Below, one piece after another: positions 21,301 through 33,450 of a stretch of DNA of 64,000 bases. Below the pieces are notes generated by a model that saw only the letters and a program-made list of their open reading frames with translations, had not been told where the DNA came from and did not search any database. Made by a program: the position numbers and the translations under genes. The DNA comes from Mobula hypostoma (taxonomy: Eukaryota): contig NC_086118.1 of NCBI RefSeq assembly GCF_963921235.1, positions 13,084,001-13,148,000 on the forward strand, given 5' to 3'. Every line of letters begins with the position of its first letter. Position 1 is the first letter of the stretch.

Positions 21301-24300
21301 CGGAGAATGAGACTGATCAGAATAGCCTGATCCAGCATGGACTCACTGAATGGTGTTTTTCTTTGTCCAATAAAATGTGAATTATACACAACTTTACAAT
21401 ACAACTGTTTGATAAGAATGAATGGAGTAAGTTTGTTTTCCTCAAATCCCGTTCTTTAACTTGTCAGCAATAACTTTTTTTCTGTTATTTAATGGTGCAT
21501 GCTATAATGAATGTTTCAAAGAATTCTCTCCTATTCTTTGTTTCTTCTGTTGGGCATTCATCCTCTCAGCCTTTTACATAGCTATCTCTCAAATGTTCAA
21601 CCCTGTGAATAAAGCTTTCCCTCTCTTGTTGTTGGAAGGTACTCAGCTGAGACTAGTTTCTGTATGTAACTAAGGTTCATGCCCACCTCTCTCTACAGTG
21701 GATGAGTCCTCAGTGTTTTTAAGCTGCCGATGTATTCTGGATCTGTCAGCATTTTTGAAACAGTTTTCTCATTTATACACATTGATTTGTACACTGGGAC
21801 GTCTGATCAAATTCTGTGTCTGTGTTTAAATTTCTTCCTAATTCATTCTATCCCCTTGCAACATTGCCTGATAACTGCAGTTTACAGGTTGACCCTTGCT
21901 CATCTTCCTCTGTTTTGGAATGGCTCACTGGAAGGAATACATTGTTGACTTCAATGGTTTGTGATAAATCCAGTTCAAATCAATCTTTCATTAACCTTTC
22001 AGTTTTTACATTATGAAATTGCTATCTTGGATTGTATGGGTAGGTTTCGAAATGTATCTTGTTTATCTCTTCAGTCAATCATTTTGTGTGTGTTACTCTG
22101 GATTTCCATCATCTGCAGAATCTCTCTAGTTTCTCTCTTCTTTCTGACCAGCTCTCACTTTGTGGATCCGTTGTTTCTTTCCAGACCAGAGAGATTGCTC
22201 AGAACTCAACGGAGATGCGGAGAACTAGAGGTGATCCTTTAACCATCTCACTGATTATGTGGAGGCACTTTCAATGGACTGGTTGGAAAGATAATATGCT
22301 CAGGGTCAGCACAGTGCTGTGTTCCTGGATGCTACAAGTGATAGTGACTGCAAGATAACCTCAGCTATGGAAGCAGAAGCTCCAGAGAGCCAGCAATAAA
22401 CTGAGGAGCCACTGAGCAACAACACAGAGCAATGAACTACAGGATGTTATTCATAATGCACCACAATGGGAGATTGAATGGATCTGTTCCAAGCATAATT
22501 GCTACAATGTTCCAGGTCTTTAAGGTCTTCGCATGGAGTATCATTCAGGGTGATATCTCAACCTGAAGAAGGTCTTCACTAATGTCTAAAACTAGATATA
22601 AGGAACCACATCTTTGACCTTTCATCATCTTGCTGTAAGTTTCCCATGCCGTGCGCCAGTGACTGTGAGAATAGGATGATTTGGCAGGTGAATGCATGAC
22701 TGAGAAATTGGTGCAAGGGGCAGGGGTTTCAGATTTATGGTTCATTGGGATCTGTTCTGGGGAAGGTATGACAGGTTACACCTGTACCCGAGGGGGAGCA
22801 ATATCCTCTTGGGCTGATTTGCTCGAGCTGTTCAGGAGGGTTTAAACTATTTTGGCAGGGGAATGGGAACCAGAGTGATTATGCTGAGGATGAGGTAGTT
22901 GGTTTGCAAACAGAGGCAGTGTGTAGCGATACTCCTAGCAAGGAGAAGCTGATGATAGGGCAGAATTGCTGTCAACAGGAGAAGTTGCAATGAGAAAGGC
23001 GGACAAAATTGAAAAGGTGCATACAAGACTGAAGGTGCTATATTCGAATGCACGCACAGTATACAGAATAAGGTAGATGAACTTGCAACAATGTTACAGA
23101 TTGCCATGTATGATGTTGTCGGCATCACTGAATCGTGACTGGAAGTAGATTATAGCTGGGAACTTAAAAAACCAAGGATACACATTCTATCAAAAGGACA
23201 ATCATGTAGGTAGAGGGAAAGGTGTGGCTCTGGTAGTAAAAATTAAATTAAATCATTAGAAAGAGGTGATATAGGGTCAGAAGGTGTGATTCATTGTGGG
23301 TAGAGCTAAGGAACTGCAAGGATAAAAAGACCCTGATGGGAGTTATATACAGACCCTCAAACAATACTAAGGATGTGGTCTACAAATTACAATGGGAAAT
23401 AGAAAATGTATACCAAAAGGACAATATCAATATAATCATGGGGGTTTTCATTATGCAAGTAGATTAGGAAAATCAGGTTAGTGCCGGACCCCAAGAGGGG
23501 TAAATTCTAGAATGCCTTTGAGATGGCTTTTTAGAACAGCTTGTGGTTGAACCCACGAGGGATCTGCTGTTCTGGATTGGGTGTTGTGCAATGAACAGGA
23601 ATTAATTAGGTAAAAGTACCCTTAGGGGAGTGTCATCATAACATAATCAAATTCACTCTGAAATTTGAGAAGAAGCTAAAGTCATACAGTGGAGTAAAGG
23701 GAATTGCTGAGGTATGAGAGAGGATTGGCCAAAATTGATTGGAAAAAAAAAACACTGGCAGGGATGACAGCAGAGCAGCAATGGCTGAAATTTCTGGAAG
23801 CAATTCGGAGGCACAGGATATATACATCCCAAAAAGGAAGAAGTATTCTAAAAGTAAAAAGATACAACCTTGGCTATCAAGAGAAGCCAAAGCGAACATA
23901 ACAGACAAAGAGAGGGCATATAATACCACAAAAATTAGTGGGAAGCTAGAGGACTGGGAAGCTTTTAAAAAGTAACAGAAGGCAACTAAAAACGTCATTA
24001 ACAAAAAGATAGAATATGAAAGTAAGCTAGCCAATAATATTGAAGAGGATACCACAAGTTTTTTCAGATACATAAAGTGTAAAAGGGAGGTGAGAAAAGC
24101 TGGAGGGGTATTAATGGGGGATAACAAAATGGCGGATGAACTGAATAGGTATTTTGCATCAATCTTCTGTATGAAAACACTAACAGTATGTAGAAGTTCA
24201 AGAGTGTCAGAGGTCATAAGAGTGTGAAGTTACCATTACAAGCGAAATGGCTTTTGGGAAACTGGAAGGTCTGAAGGTAGATAAGTCACCTGGACCAGAT

Positions 24301-24605
24301 GGTGTACACGCCAGGGTTTTGAAAGAGATCGTGGAGGCATTTGTAATGATCTTCCAAGAATCACTAGATTCTGGAATGGTTCCAGAAGATGGGAAAATTG
24401 CAAATGTCACTTGGCTCTTCAAGAAGGAAGAGAAGCAGAAGAAGTGAAATTCTGACCTCAGTGGTTGGTAAGATATTGGAGTCAATTGTAAAGGATGTGG
24501 TTTTGGGGTGCTTGGAGGCACATGATAAAATAGGCTATAGTCAGCATGGTTTCCTCAAGGGAAAATCTTTCCTGACAAGTCTGTAGAAAATCTTTGAAGA
24601 AATAA

Positions 24606-25037
24606 CCCCCCTCGTAAACATCGACTTCTCTGACTTCCGCTAATGCCCCACCTCCCCCTCATACCCCATCTGTTATTTATTTTTATACACACATTCTTTC
24701 TCTCACTCTCCTTTTTCTCCCTCTGTCCCTCTGAATATACCCCTTGCCCATCCTCTGGGTTCCCCCCCCCCCACTGTCTTTCTTCCCAGACCTCCTGTCC
24801 CATGATCCTCTCGTATCCCTTTTGCCAATCACCTGTCCAGCTCTTGGCTCCATCCCTCCCCCTCCTGTCTTCTCCTATCATTTTGGATCTCCCCCTCCCC
24901 CTCCAACTTTCAAATCCCTTACTCACTCTTCCTTCAGTTAGTCCTGACGAAGGGCCTCGGCCTGAAACGTCGACTGCACCTCTTCCTATAGATGCTGCCT
25001 GGCCTGCTGCGTTCACCAGCAACTTTGATGTGTGTTG
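24606..25037 (+). mobile_element. Penelope-like element terminal repeat fragment (young)
   Basis: Pyrimidine-rich tract, hammerhead motif and gatgctgcctggcctgctg; close inverted match to 54976-55320. Confidence 0.88.
24940..24975 (+). ncRNA. Minimal type I hammerhead ribozyme, core intact
   Basis: AGTC-CTGACGA-A-GGGC(CTCG)GCCT-GAAAC-GTC-GACT: stem I AGTC/GACT, cores CUGANGA and GAAA, GUC cleavage triplet at 24969-24971. Confidence 0.82.
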
Positions 25038-28000
25038 ATAGACAAAGGAGAATTGGTTGATGCTGTGTATTTGGATTTTCAGATGAGCTTTGACAAGGTG
25101 ACACACATGAGGGTGTTTAACAATTTAATATCCCTTGGTATTACAAGGAAGATACAAGCATGGATAAAGCATTGGCCAATTGGCAGGACGCAAAGAGTGA
25201 GAGTAAAGGGAGCATTTTCTGGTTGGTTACCGGTGCCTACTGGTGTTCCACCGGGCTCTGAGTATGGGAATTGCTTCTTTTTACGTTATAAGTCATTGAC
25301 TTGGATGATGGAATAGACAGATTTGTTGCAAAGTCTGTAGATGATGTAAAGATAGATAGAGGGGAAGATAGTTTTGAGGAAGTAGAGAGGCTACAGAAGG
25401 AGTTAGGTAGATTAGAAGAATGGGCAAAGAAGTGGCAGATGGAATACAGAGTCAGGAAGTGTATGGTCATGCACTTTGGTGGAAGAAATGAAAGGGTAGG
25501 CTATTTTCTAAATGGGTAGGGTCTTGGAATTCCTTGTGGAAAATTCCCTAAAGGTTAATTTGCAGGTTGAGTCAGTGGTGACGAAGCCAAATGTGATAGT
25601 AGTATCCACTTCAAGAGCACTAAAATATAAAAGCAAGGATGTAATAATGAGGCCTCACTTGGGTATTATGAGCAATTTTGAACCACTTATCTGAGAAAGG
25701 ATATGCTGAAACTGAAGAGGGTTCAAAGAAGGTTAATGAAAATGATTCATCGATTGAATGACTTGTCATATGAAGAGTATTTGATGGCGATGGGCTTGTA
25801 TTAATTGGAATTCAGAAGAATGAGAGGTGACCTAATTGAAACCTGTTGAATGTTGAAAAGCCTCTATAGAATGGATGTGGGGAAGATGTTTCCTATGGGA
25901 GGAGAGTCTAGGGATCAGAGCCTTAGAGTAGTGTGGCATGCTTTTTGAATGAAGATGAGGAAGAATTTCTTTAGCCAGAGGGTGGTGAATCTGTGGCGTT
26001 CATTGCAACAGGTGGCTGTGGAGGCCAAGTCCTTACACATATATAAGGCAGACCTTGATAGATTCTTGATTGGCCAGGGCATGAAGGTATTCGGGGAGAA
26101 GGCAGGAGATTGTGGCTGAGAAGAAAAATGGACCAGACATGATGAAGTTGGCCAAATGGCCTAATTCTGCTCCTATATGGCGGTCTTTTGGTCTTAAGTT
26201 CTCCAGCACAGTGCAATAAGGCCATTGGGCGGATATTAATGACAAAGGATATGAATGAAGACTCAGCACAATACCTTTCCCCTTGTCTCCAGCTGACGAC
26301 TCCTGCAGAAAGCCTCACATCCTTAAAATTGTCCCAATGACTGATTTTACCCCTGTATTAAGTAGCCTTTATCAAGACCATCATGAGCTCCAATAACAAG
26401 GAGCGAGCAGGACCCTGAGGAGCCGGACTCCACCACTGCTGATACCATAACAGTTCGAAAAAGGACAATGATATGTAAGAAAATACGCTGTGAAGGAACA
26501 TAAGAACCACACAAAGGGATATGATCTTTTAAGGAAGTGAAGGAAACAGTTAGGGAAGATCCAATAAATGGAGTATAATATGGGAAGGTTTAGAATTGTC
26601 CATTTTTTTCAGGGAAATAAGTCAGAAATGTATTATGTAAATAGTAAAAAGATTGTAGAACACTGACATGCAGAAGGTTCTAACATGCAGATACCACAAG
26701 CCATGAAGAAATCTTACAGAATGTTATTGCTTCTTGCAAGAGGAATTTAAACAGAAGTAAGGAGGTTATACCTCAGTTGGTAGGATAGTGGTAAGACTAC
26801 ATCCAGAATACTATTCTATAGTATTACCTCAAAGACCCTGTTCTTGTGCTACACTGTTCTATGTTCTTTGTTCTACAAGTAGACATAATCAGCATCCGAT
26901 TACAAGCAAAAGGTTATCAACCCGAAACACTAATCAGATTCTCTTCCTACATTTGCTACCTGACCTGCTGAATATTTCCCATATCTACAATTTTATTTCA
27001 TATGTAGCATTTTATTATAGATAAAAAATTATGAAAATGATTGCCTATGGATTTTGCTGCTGAGAAGCCATTACCTTTCTCTTGGATTGAGGTCACCTCT
27101 GGAGTCAAGTGAAATTGATATTCTTTTAGGTTTGCTATAAAAAATGTATTACACCAAACTTTCTTTGAATAATTGTTCCTTAGTAGTCCTCTGAGTTTCC
27201 TTTTGGTATTTCACATGTTGTATTTAGATGTAAATTTGCCTAGGCTTAGGAAAACAAATTCCCTGTGATGCATTATGCAAATTAAACATAATTAGAAATC
27301 TCAGCAAAGAATCATCTTGATTGCTCCCAGTATTTGACTGTATGCAAAATAATACAATTCTCTGGACATCATTATTGATTCCAACCAAGAGTTATTGTCT
27401 AAAGGAATAGACACAATATTGATTGAAAATTCTTTGCCCTTCAGATTTTGTGAACTAAGTGCACTGACATACCAGCTAAAGACAAGTCATCTGAAGAGCA
27501 TTCAAACAAACTCAATTTTGAAGTGCAGAAATAGCAGCGAGTAATTTGATGGTGCTGGAAAAAGATATGTTTGAATCACAGAATCATAGACCAATTTGTC
27601 TCAGTGCACATGAACTTCATCAGTGTACTTCACTTGATGAGTGCAGTGCCAATGGTGTAATTTATTGCATTAGCAAGCATCCACAGGCCATCTTTTCAGG
27701 AGCCAAAAGCTAGAGATGATGCTGGCCTAGAGGCTGAATGGTGAGGTTATTTCCTACAAATGCTGCTGGAAGTCATTCCACAGGTTTGATGCTTAGAAGA
27801 AGCATATGTAGAGGGGATGAAAGCAGACATATTCATTTTTGGATGCAGCTCTTGATGCCTGAGTGAAAATGGAGGAGAGCGGTCTCTATTTTAATAGACT
27901 GCACTATTAAGAAACAACTTTGTCAGGGGATAGATAATGTCAGCTTATTTTTACACCTATAACTAGATGCAGTGCCAAAAGGACTTTCTTGACATCAGAT

Positions 28001-28156
28001 ACATCACCTAGGCTAGTAAACATATCAAAATACCCAATTGAGCTGCTTGTCTCAAACGCTGCACCACACTCATATCCTTATCAACTAAAAAAAGTCTAAT
28101 AACAGCAGAGAACTTTGGAAATACTCAGCAAATCAGGCAGTATCTGTGGAGAAAAA

Positions 28157-28174
28157 GTGTGTGAGTGTGTGTTG

Positions 28175-28216
<42 letters not shown>

Positions 28217-28566
28217 TATGTCTGTGTGTCTGTGTGTGTGCGTGTGTGTGCGTGTGTGGTGTGTGTATGTCTGTGTGTGTGTGTGTGTGTCTGTGGTGCG
28301 TGTGTATGTCTGTGTGTGTGTGGGTGTGTGTGTGTGTGTGTGTGTTCATGTGTGTGTGTATGTGTGTGTCTGTATGTCTGTGTGTGTGTGAGTGTGTGTG
28401 TATGTGTGGTGTGTGTATGTGTGTGTGTGTGTGTGTGTGTGTCGTGCATGCATGTATGATGTGTGTATGTCTGTGTGTGCGTGCGTGTGTGTGTGTGTGT
28501 GTATGTGTGTGTGTGGTGTGTGTCTGTATGTCTCTGTGTGTGTGAGTGTGTGTGTATGTGTGGTGT

Positions 28567-28606
<40 letters not shown>

Positions 28607-28690
28607 TGCGTGCATGTGTGGTGTGTGTATGTCTGTGTGTGTGGTGTGTGTGTGGGTGTGTGTGTATGTCTGTCTGTGTGTGTGGTGCAT

Positions 28691-28721
<31 letters not shown>

Positions 28722-28779
28722 GGTGTGTGTGTGTCTGCATGTGTGTGTGTGGTGTGTGTGTGGTGTGTCTGTGTATGTC

Positions 28780-28812
<33 letters not shown>

Positions 28813-28927
28813 TGTGGTGTGTCTGTGTATGTCTGTGTGTGTGTGTGCGCGTGTGTGGTGTGTGTATGTCTGTGTGTGTCTGTCTGTGTGTCTGTGTGTT
28901 TGTCTGTGTGTGTGTGTGGTGTGTGTA

Positions 28928-28981
<54 letters not shown>

Positions 28982-29018
28982 TGTGTGCCTGTGTGGTGTG
29001 TGTGTGTGTGTGTGTGTA

Positions 29019-29049
<31 letters not shown>

Positions 29050-29057
29050 TGTATGTC

Positions 29058-29090
<33 letters not shown>

Positions 29091-29173
29091 ATGTGTGTGT
29101 GTGTCTATGTGTCTGTGTGTGTGTGGTGTGTGTGTGTGTCTATGTGTCTCTGTGTGTGTATGTGTGTGTGTGT
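28157..29173. repeat. Compound (GT)n microsatellite, ~1 kb
   Basis: GT runs punctuated by recurring GGTGTGTGTATGTCT variants. Confidence 0.98.
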
Positions 29174-30002
29174 TGTGACAAAAAGCCAAGTTATCAGAAG
29201 ATTGATGCTAATGAGAGAGAGATAAGTGAGACAATGGAGAAACATTCAAAATGCTAATAAGAGAAACGAGAGAGATTAACGAGAAAGAAACACATTTCAG
29301 AATATTGACAGACCGGTTGCTTTGAACCTGAACTGCTTGAAGTTTGATGGACAGGTGATGCCCCAGCAGGGGGATAAAAAGAACAGGTTCGCTAAGGCAC
29401 GACACACCACGAGATCACGAGATAACAAGACCCTGGAAGAGCGGTGTGCCCCCACAAGTTGGTAGGAGTTGGAGGTCTGGTTCGAGGGAACCAACCATAG
29501 ACTGGCAGGGTGAAAAGGGACGATCGGTGGGAACCTGGTGTGTGTGCCCGTCCTTGCCTGGGTGACAGGTTCACCGCGAAAGAACGGTCGTATCCAGAAC
29601 AGAGGGGTCACAGTCGGTGACCACAGAAGACATAAAAGGATTTGCCCGAAAGCTAACTGCGAAGAACATCAAAGGTCTGTTTGAATCAAAATTTGCATTC
29701 TCTCTCTCTCCAACGGCACAACAGCGATTACTGCAAACTGTACTAAGCTGAACTGAGCTCTGCGTCACTTGAGATTGATCATTTTACCTCTAGACTGCGA
29801 TAGAACTTGATTGATTCCTATTACCCTAGTTCTATGTACACGTGTGTATTATCAGTGCTAACTTGTTGCATTTACATCCTTATGATTAGAGTACTGTGTT
29901 ACTTATTTCTTTAATAAAACTTTATTAGTTTCTGTTAAACCAGACTCCAACTAAGTGGTCCATTTCTGCTGGTTTGGCAACCCAGTTACCGAGTACGTAA
30001 CA
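29174..30002 (+). mobile_element. Solo LTR related to the Gmr1-type LTRs
   Basis: TGTGACA...GTAACA; flanks GTGT/GGGT; shares ggtcacagtcggtgac, ctagact and gactccaa...ccatttctgctggtt...aaccca with 7920-8756. Confidence 0.85.
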
Positions 30003-30139
30003 GGGTGTGTGTGTGTGTGGGCATGCGTCCGAGGCAAGGAAAAAGAGTTAATGCTTCAAGTTCTTAATCCTTCATCAATCATACATTTGTACTGTAAGTC
30101 CAAATCTGCCATGCAGATGGTGCAAAAGTATTATGTTTT

Positions 30140-31978
30140 CCCTAACCCCGCACTGCTCGTTTCCACCTCCTACCCAAGATCCACAGACCTAACTGTCCGG
30201 ATAGTCCCATTGTCCTTGTCTGCTCTTGCCTCACTGAACTTGTGTCCACATACCTCAATTCCATCCTATCCCCTTGGTTCAGTCCCTTCCCACCTATATC
30301 CATGACACTTCACATGCTCTCAATCTCCTTGAACAACATTCATTTCCCTGGCCCTGGCTGCCTCATTTTCATCATGGATGTCCAGTCCCTATACATTCCC
30401 TCCTTCATCATGAAGACCTTAAAGATCTCCACTTCACTCATCACCACCCTCTTCTATCTGTAGGAACTGGTCCTCACCCTTGACGTTTCCCCTTCAGCTC
30501 CTCCTACTTTCTCCAATCTCAAGGGGAAGCCATTGGCACACATGGGCCCCAGCTATGCCTGCATTTTCATTGGCCATGTAGAGCAGTCCATGTCCCAAGC
30601 CTTCCCCAGTAATGCTTCCCGACTCTTCCTGCGCTAAATCAATGACTGCATTTGTGCTGTTTCATGTAAAGATACTAAACTCATCAATTTCATCTATTTT
30701 GGCTCCAACTTCCACGCTGCCCTTAAATTCACTTGGTCCATTTCTGACACCTCTCTCTCCTTTCTCGATTTCTTTGTCTCCATCTCCGAAGACATCTTTT
30801 ATTGACCTACTGATTCTCACAATTATCTTGATTATACCTGTTCACAACCTATCTCTTGTAAAAATGCTATTCCCTTGTCTCAATTCCTTCATCTCTGCTG
30901 CATCTGTTCCCAGGATGAAGCTTTTCTTTCCAGAACATCAGAGATGTCCTGCTTATTCAAAGAGCCAGTTTCCCTTTCTCCACCATTGATGCTGCCCTCA
31001 CCTGCACGTCCTCCATTTTCAAGACATTGGCACTCAATCCATCTTCCTGTCACCTTAACAGGGATAGAGTTCCTCTTGTCCTCACCTACCACCCCATGAG
31101 ACACTTCGAACACATCCTTCTCGGCAACTTCTGTCATCTTGAACAGGATCCTATCATCACACATATCTTTACCTCCTCCCCACTCACCCTACTTTTTGCC
31201 GTAATCACTCCCTACATGATTCCCTTGTCCATTTGTCCCTCCCCACTAATTTCTGTCCTGGCACATATCCCTGCAAGTGACAGAAATGCTACACCTGCCC
31301 TTTCACCCCCTCACTTACCTACATTCAGGGCCCCAAAGAGTCCTTCCAGGTGAGGCAACACTTAACCTGTGAAAGTTTTGGTCGCCTATTGTATCCGGTG
31401 CTCCCAATGTGGCCTGCTCTATATTGGTGAAACCCAACATAAATTGGGGGACCACTTTTAGAGCTTCTGCGCTCCATCCACCGATAGTGGAATTTCCCAG
31501 TGGACAACTATTTTAATTCCTCTCCCCAATCCTATTCTGACATGTCGGTCCATGGCCTCCTCTTTTGCCATGATGAGGCTACTCTTAAGGTGGAGAAGAA
31601 GCACCTCATATTCTGCCTAGATAGCCTCCAGCCTGATGACATGAATATTGATTTTTCCCTTTCCCCTCACTCTTCTTCTGTTCTCCACTCTGGCATCTTC
31701 TCTTTTCTCACCAGCATCTCACCACCCCTTAGTGACCCTCTTTCTTCCCTTTCTCCCTTGTTTTACTCTCCTCTCCAGTGAGATTCCTTCTTCTCCAGCC
31801 CTTTACCTTTCCCCACCCAAATGGCTTCACGTATCATCAATTAGTCCTGACGAAGGGTCTCGGCCCAAAACATCGACTGTACCTCTTCCTAGAGATGCTG
31901 CCTGGCCTGCTGCATTCACCAGCAACTTTGATGTGTGTTGCTTGAATTTCCAGCATCTGCAGAATTCCTCATGTTTGA
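30140..31978 (+). mobile_element. Penelope-like element (RT plus GIY-YIG endonuclease), decayed, with terminal repeat
   Basis: LLPKIH.P, LVQSLPTYI.DTSHAL, MGPSYAC, RDRVPLVLTYHP, CIRCSQCGLLYIGET; terminal hammerhead relic. Confidence 0.9.
31843..31878 (+). ncRNA. Hammerhead ribozyme relic, probably inactive
   Basis: agtcctgacgaagggtctcggcccAaaacAtcgact: GAAA changed to AAAA and GTC to ATC, both at CpG sites. Confidence 0.7.
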
Positions 31979-32789
31979 AGTCTGTACATTCCCTCATTTT
32001 GATTTATGTGGGGAAAGACTGTTTCATTCCCTGGTTGATGAAAAGTTTTGGGTTTAAATCGCTGTGGATATTTGTCGTTGTTGTTGTCATTTTAGGATTT
32101 CCACAACCGTGTGACATGCCTAACAATATTATTTGTAGCCACATGTCAAAATCAAGACTGAATTAACAGGATGCAAGCATATTAAGATCTAAATCCATAC
32201 ATACTGTAACTCTAGCTGTGATCACTGACCTCTTCTTTAATTTGCTGATGAGATCAGATCAATTACCTAATTATAGCATGGCAGATATTGGATGTAAGAG
32301 GAATAACTCTAAATCACACACTCAAACTAACACTTACTCTAGTAAGGAAACATCTATCACAGCTCATGTGGTATTATTACAATGATTAAAAAGTTCAACA
32401 TAGGCATTGATCAAAGTCTATCAAAGCCAAAGGGCTTCTCTTCGAAGTAAAAAGATTATGTACTTCTAACTTTTCACAGTTCACAATATGATGTCAATAT
32501 ATCTGACTATCCCACATGCTTTCAGATCATTTTCTGAAGTCTGACTCCTACAGAATTTAAAACATATTAACCATGTATTTTTAAAATTGAAGCCTTAAGC
32601 TGTCTTGATATTCAGAACTGTGGGAAACTGTTAGAACTGTTAGAACTGTTTCTATCGTCTCTGTATGCAGGGCTGGGAAACAAATCAACTTTGAAAAGTT
32701 AACAGTCTAATTTTTACCTTTGCTTCAAATATGATTGTGCAAAAAGCAAGGAAATGGATGTATTTCATCCTGTGGTCAGTTTGTACTGT

Positions 32790-33105
32790 ATGTATTATTT
32801 GGGTGGAAATGTTACTAATCCTGTCTCCCAGACCCAGAGACCTGATCATGGTTGCTGCCTGTGTGTCGTTTGCACTTTCTCCCCAAAAAGATATGGGTAT
32901 TCCTCTATTTACTCAGGTTTGCTTGTAAAGACATGATGGTTGGTCGGTTAACTCATGATTGTAGATTGCCCCTGCTGTGAATAGATGGCAGGAGACTTGG
33001 GAGGGGTCGGTGATAGAGTATGAGAAAGTGGAAACAGTTCAAGTGTAAATTGATGTTTGATAGCAGACAAGGATGTGGTGGTCTGAAGGGACAGGTTCTA
33101 TTCTG
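32790..33105 (+). mobile_element. HE1/V-SINE-like SINE, degenerate
   Basis: gtgtgtcgtttgcactttctcccc...aaagacatg..ggtt..ggttaa...ttgcccc core and a CR1-like 3' end. Confidence 0.6.
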
Positions 33106-33124
33106 AATAAATCTGCTATATATA

Positions 33125-33450
33125 TATAGAAGGAGGCCTGTTGGCCCATCATGTTCATGCCAATTTCCCTGCAGCCCTATAACCTATTCTCTCTTACGTG
33201 TTCACTGACCTTCCTCCCTCAACACCTTTTAGATTCATATGTCATGTTTACCAGTAATGGTTAATTTATAGTGGCCAGTTAACTTGCAACAGACCTTTGA
33301 GACGTGGGAAGTAACCAGAGGATCTGAACGAAACCTAAGCAGACACAGAGAGGATGTGGAAATTCCACACAGACAGCTTCCAAGCTCAGCTTCAGACCTG
33401 AGTCAGTGAACTGTGAGGCAGCAACACTAACTGCTACATGACTGTGCTAT
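33125..33450 (-). mobile_element. HE1/V-SINE-like SINE
   Basis: tttgagacgtgggaagtaaccagag...aaattccacacagacagc...gtgaggcagcaacactaac. Confidence 0.65.

Larger units (their letters stand above)
22250..26195 (+). mobile_element. Near-full-length decayed CR1 (ORF1 plus ORF2), interrupted by a Penelope fragment
   Basis: ORF1 end ...GLNYF; LKVLYSNA, DVVGITES, KSPGPDG, QHGF, YLDFQ..FDKV; 3' end cctaattctgctcctat. Confidence 0.88.

Noticed and set aside
24555..25106. 183-aa and 131-aa ORFs, echoed at 54972-55332
   Set aside because: They are translations of the non-coding Penelope terminal repeat and recur because the repeat recurs.
28096..29257. Long His/Thr-rich and Val/Cys-rich ORFs (up to 354 aa)
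   Set aside because: They are translations of the (GT)n/(AC)n array, which lacks stop codons by composition.
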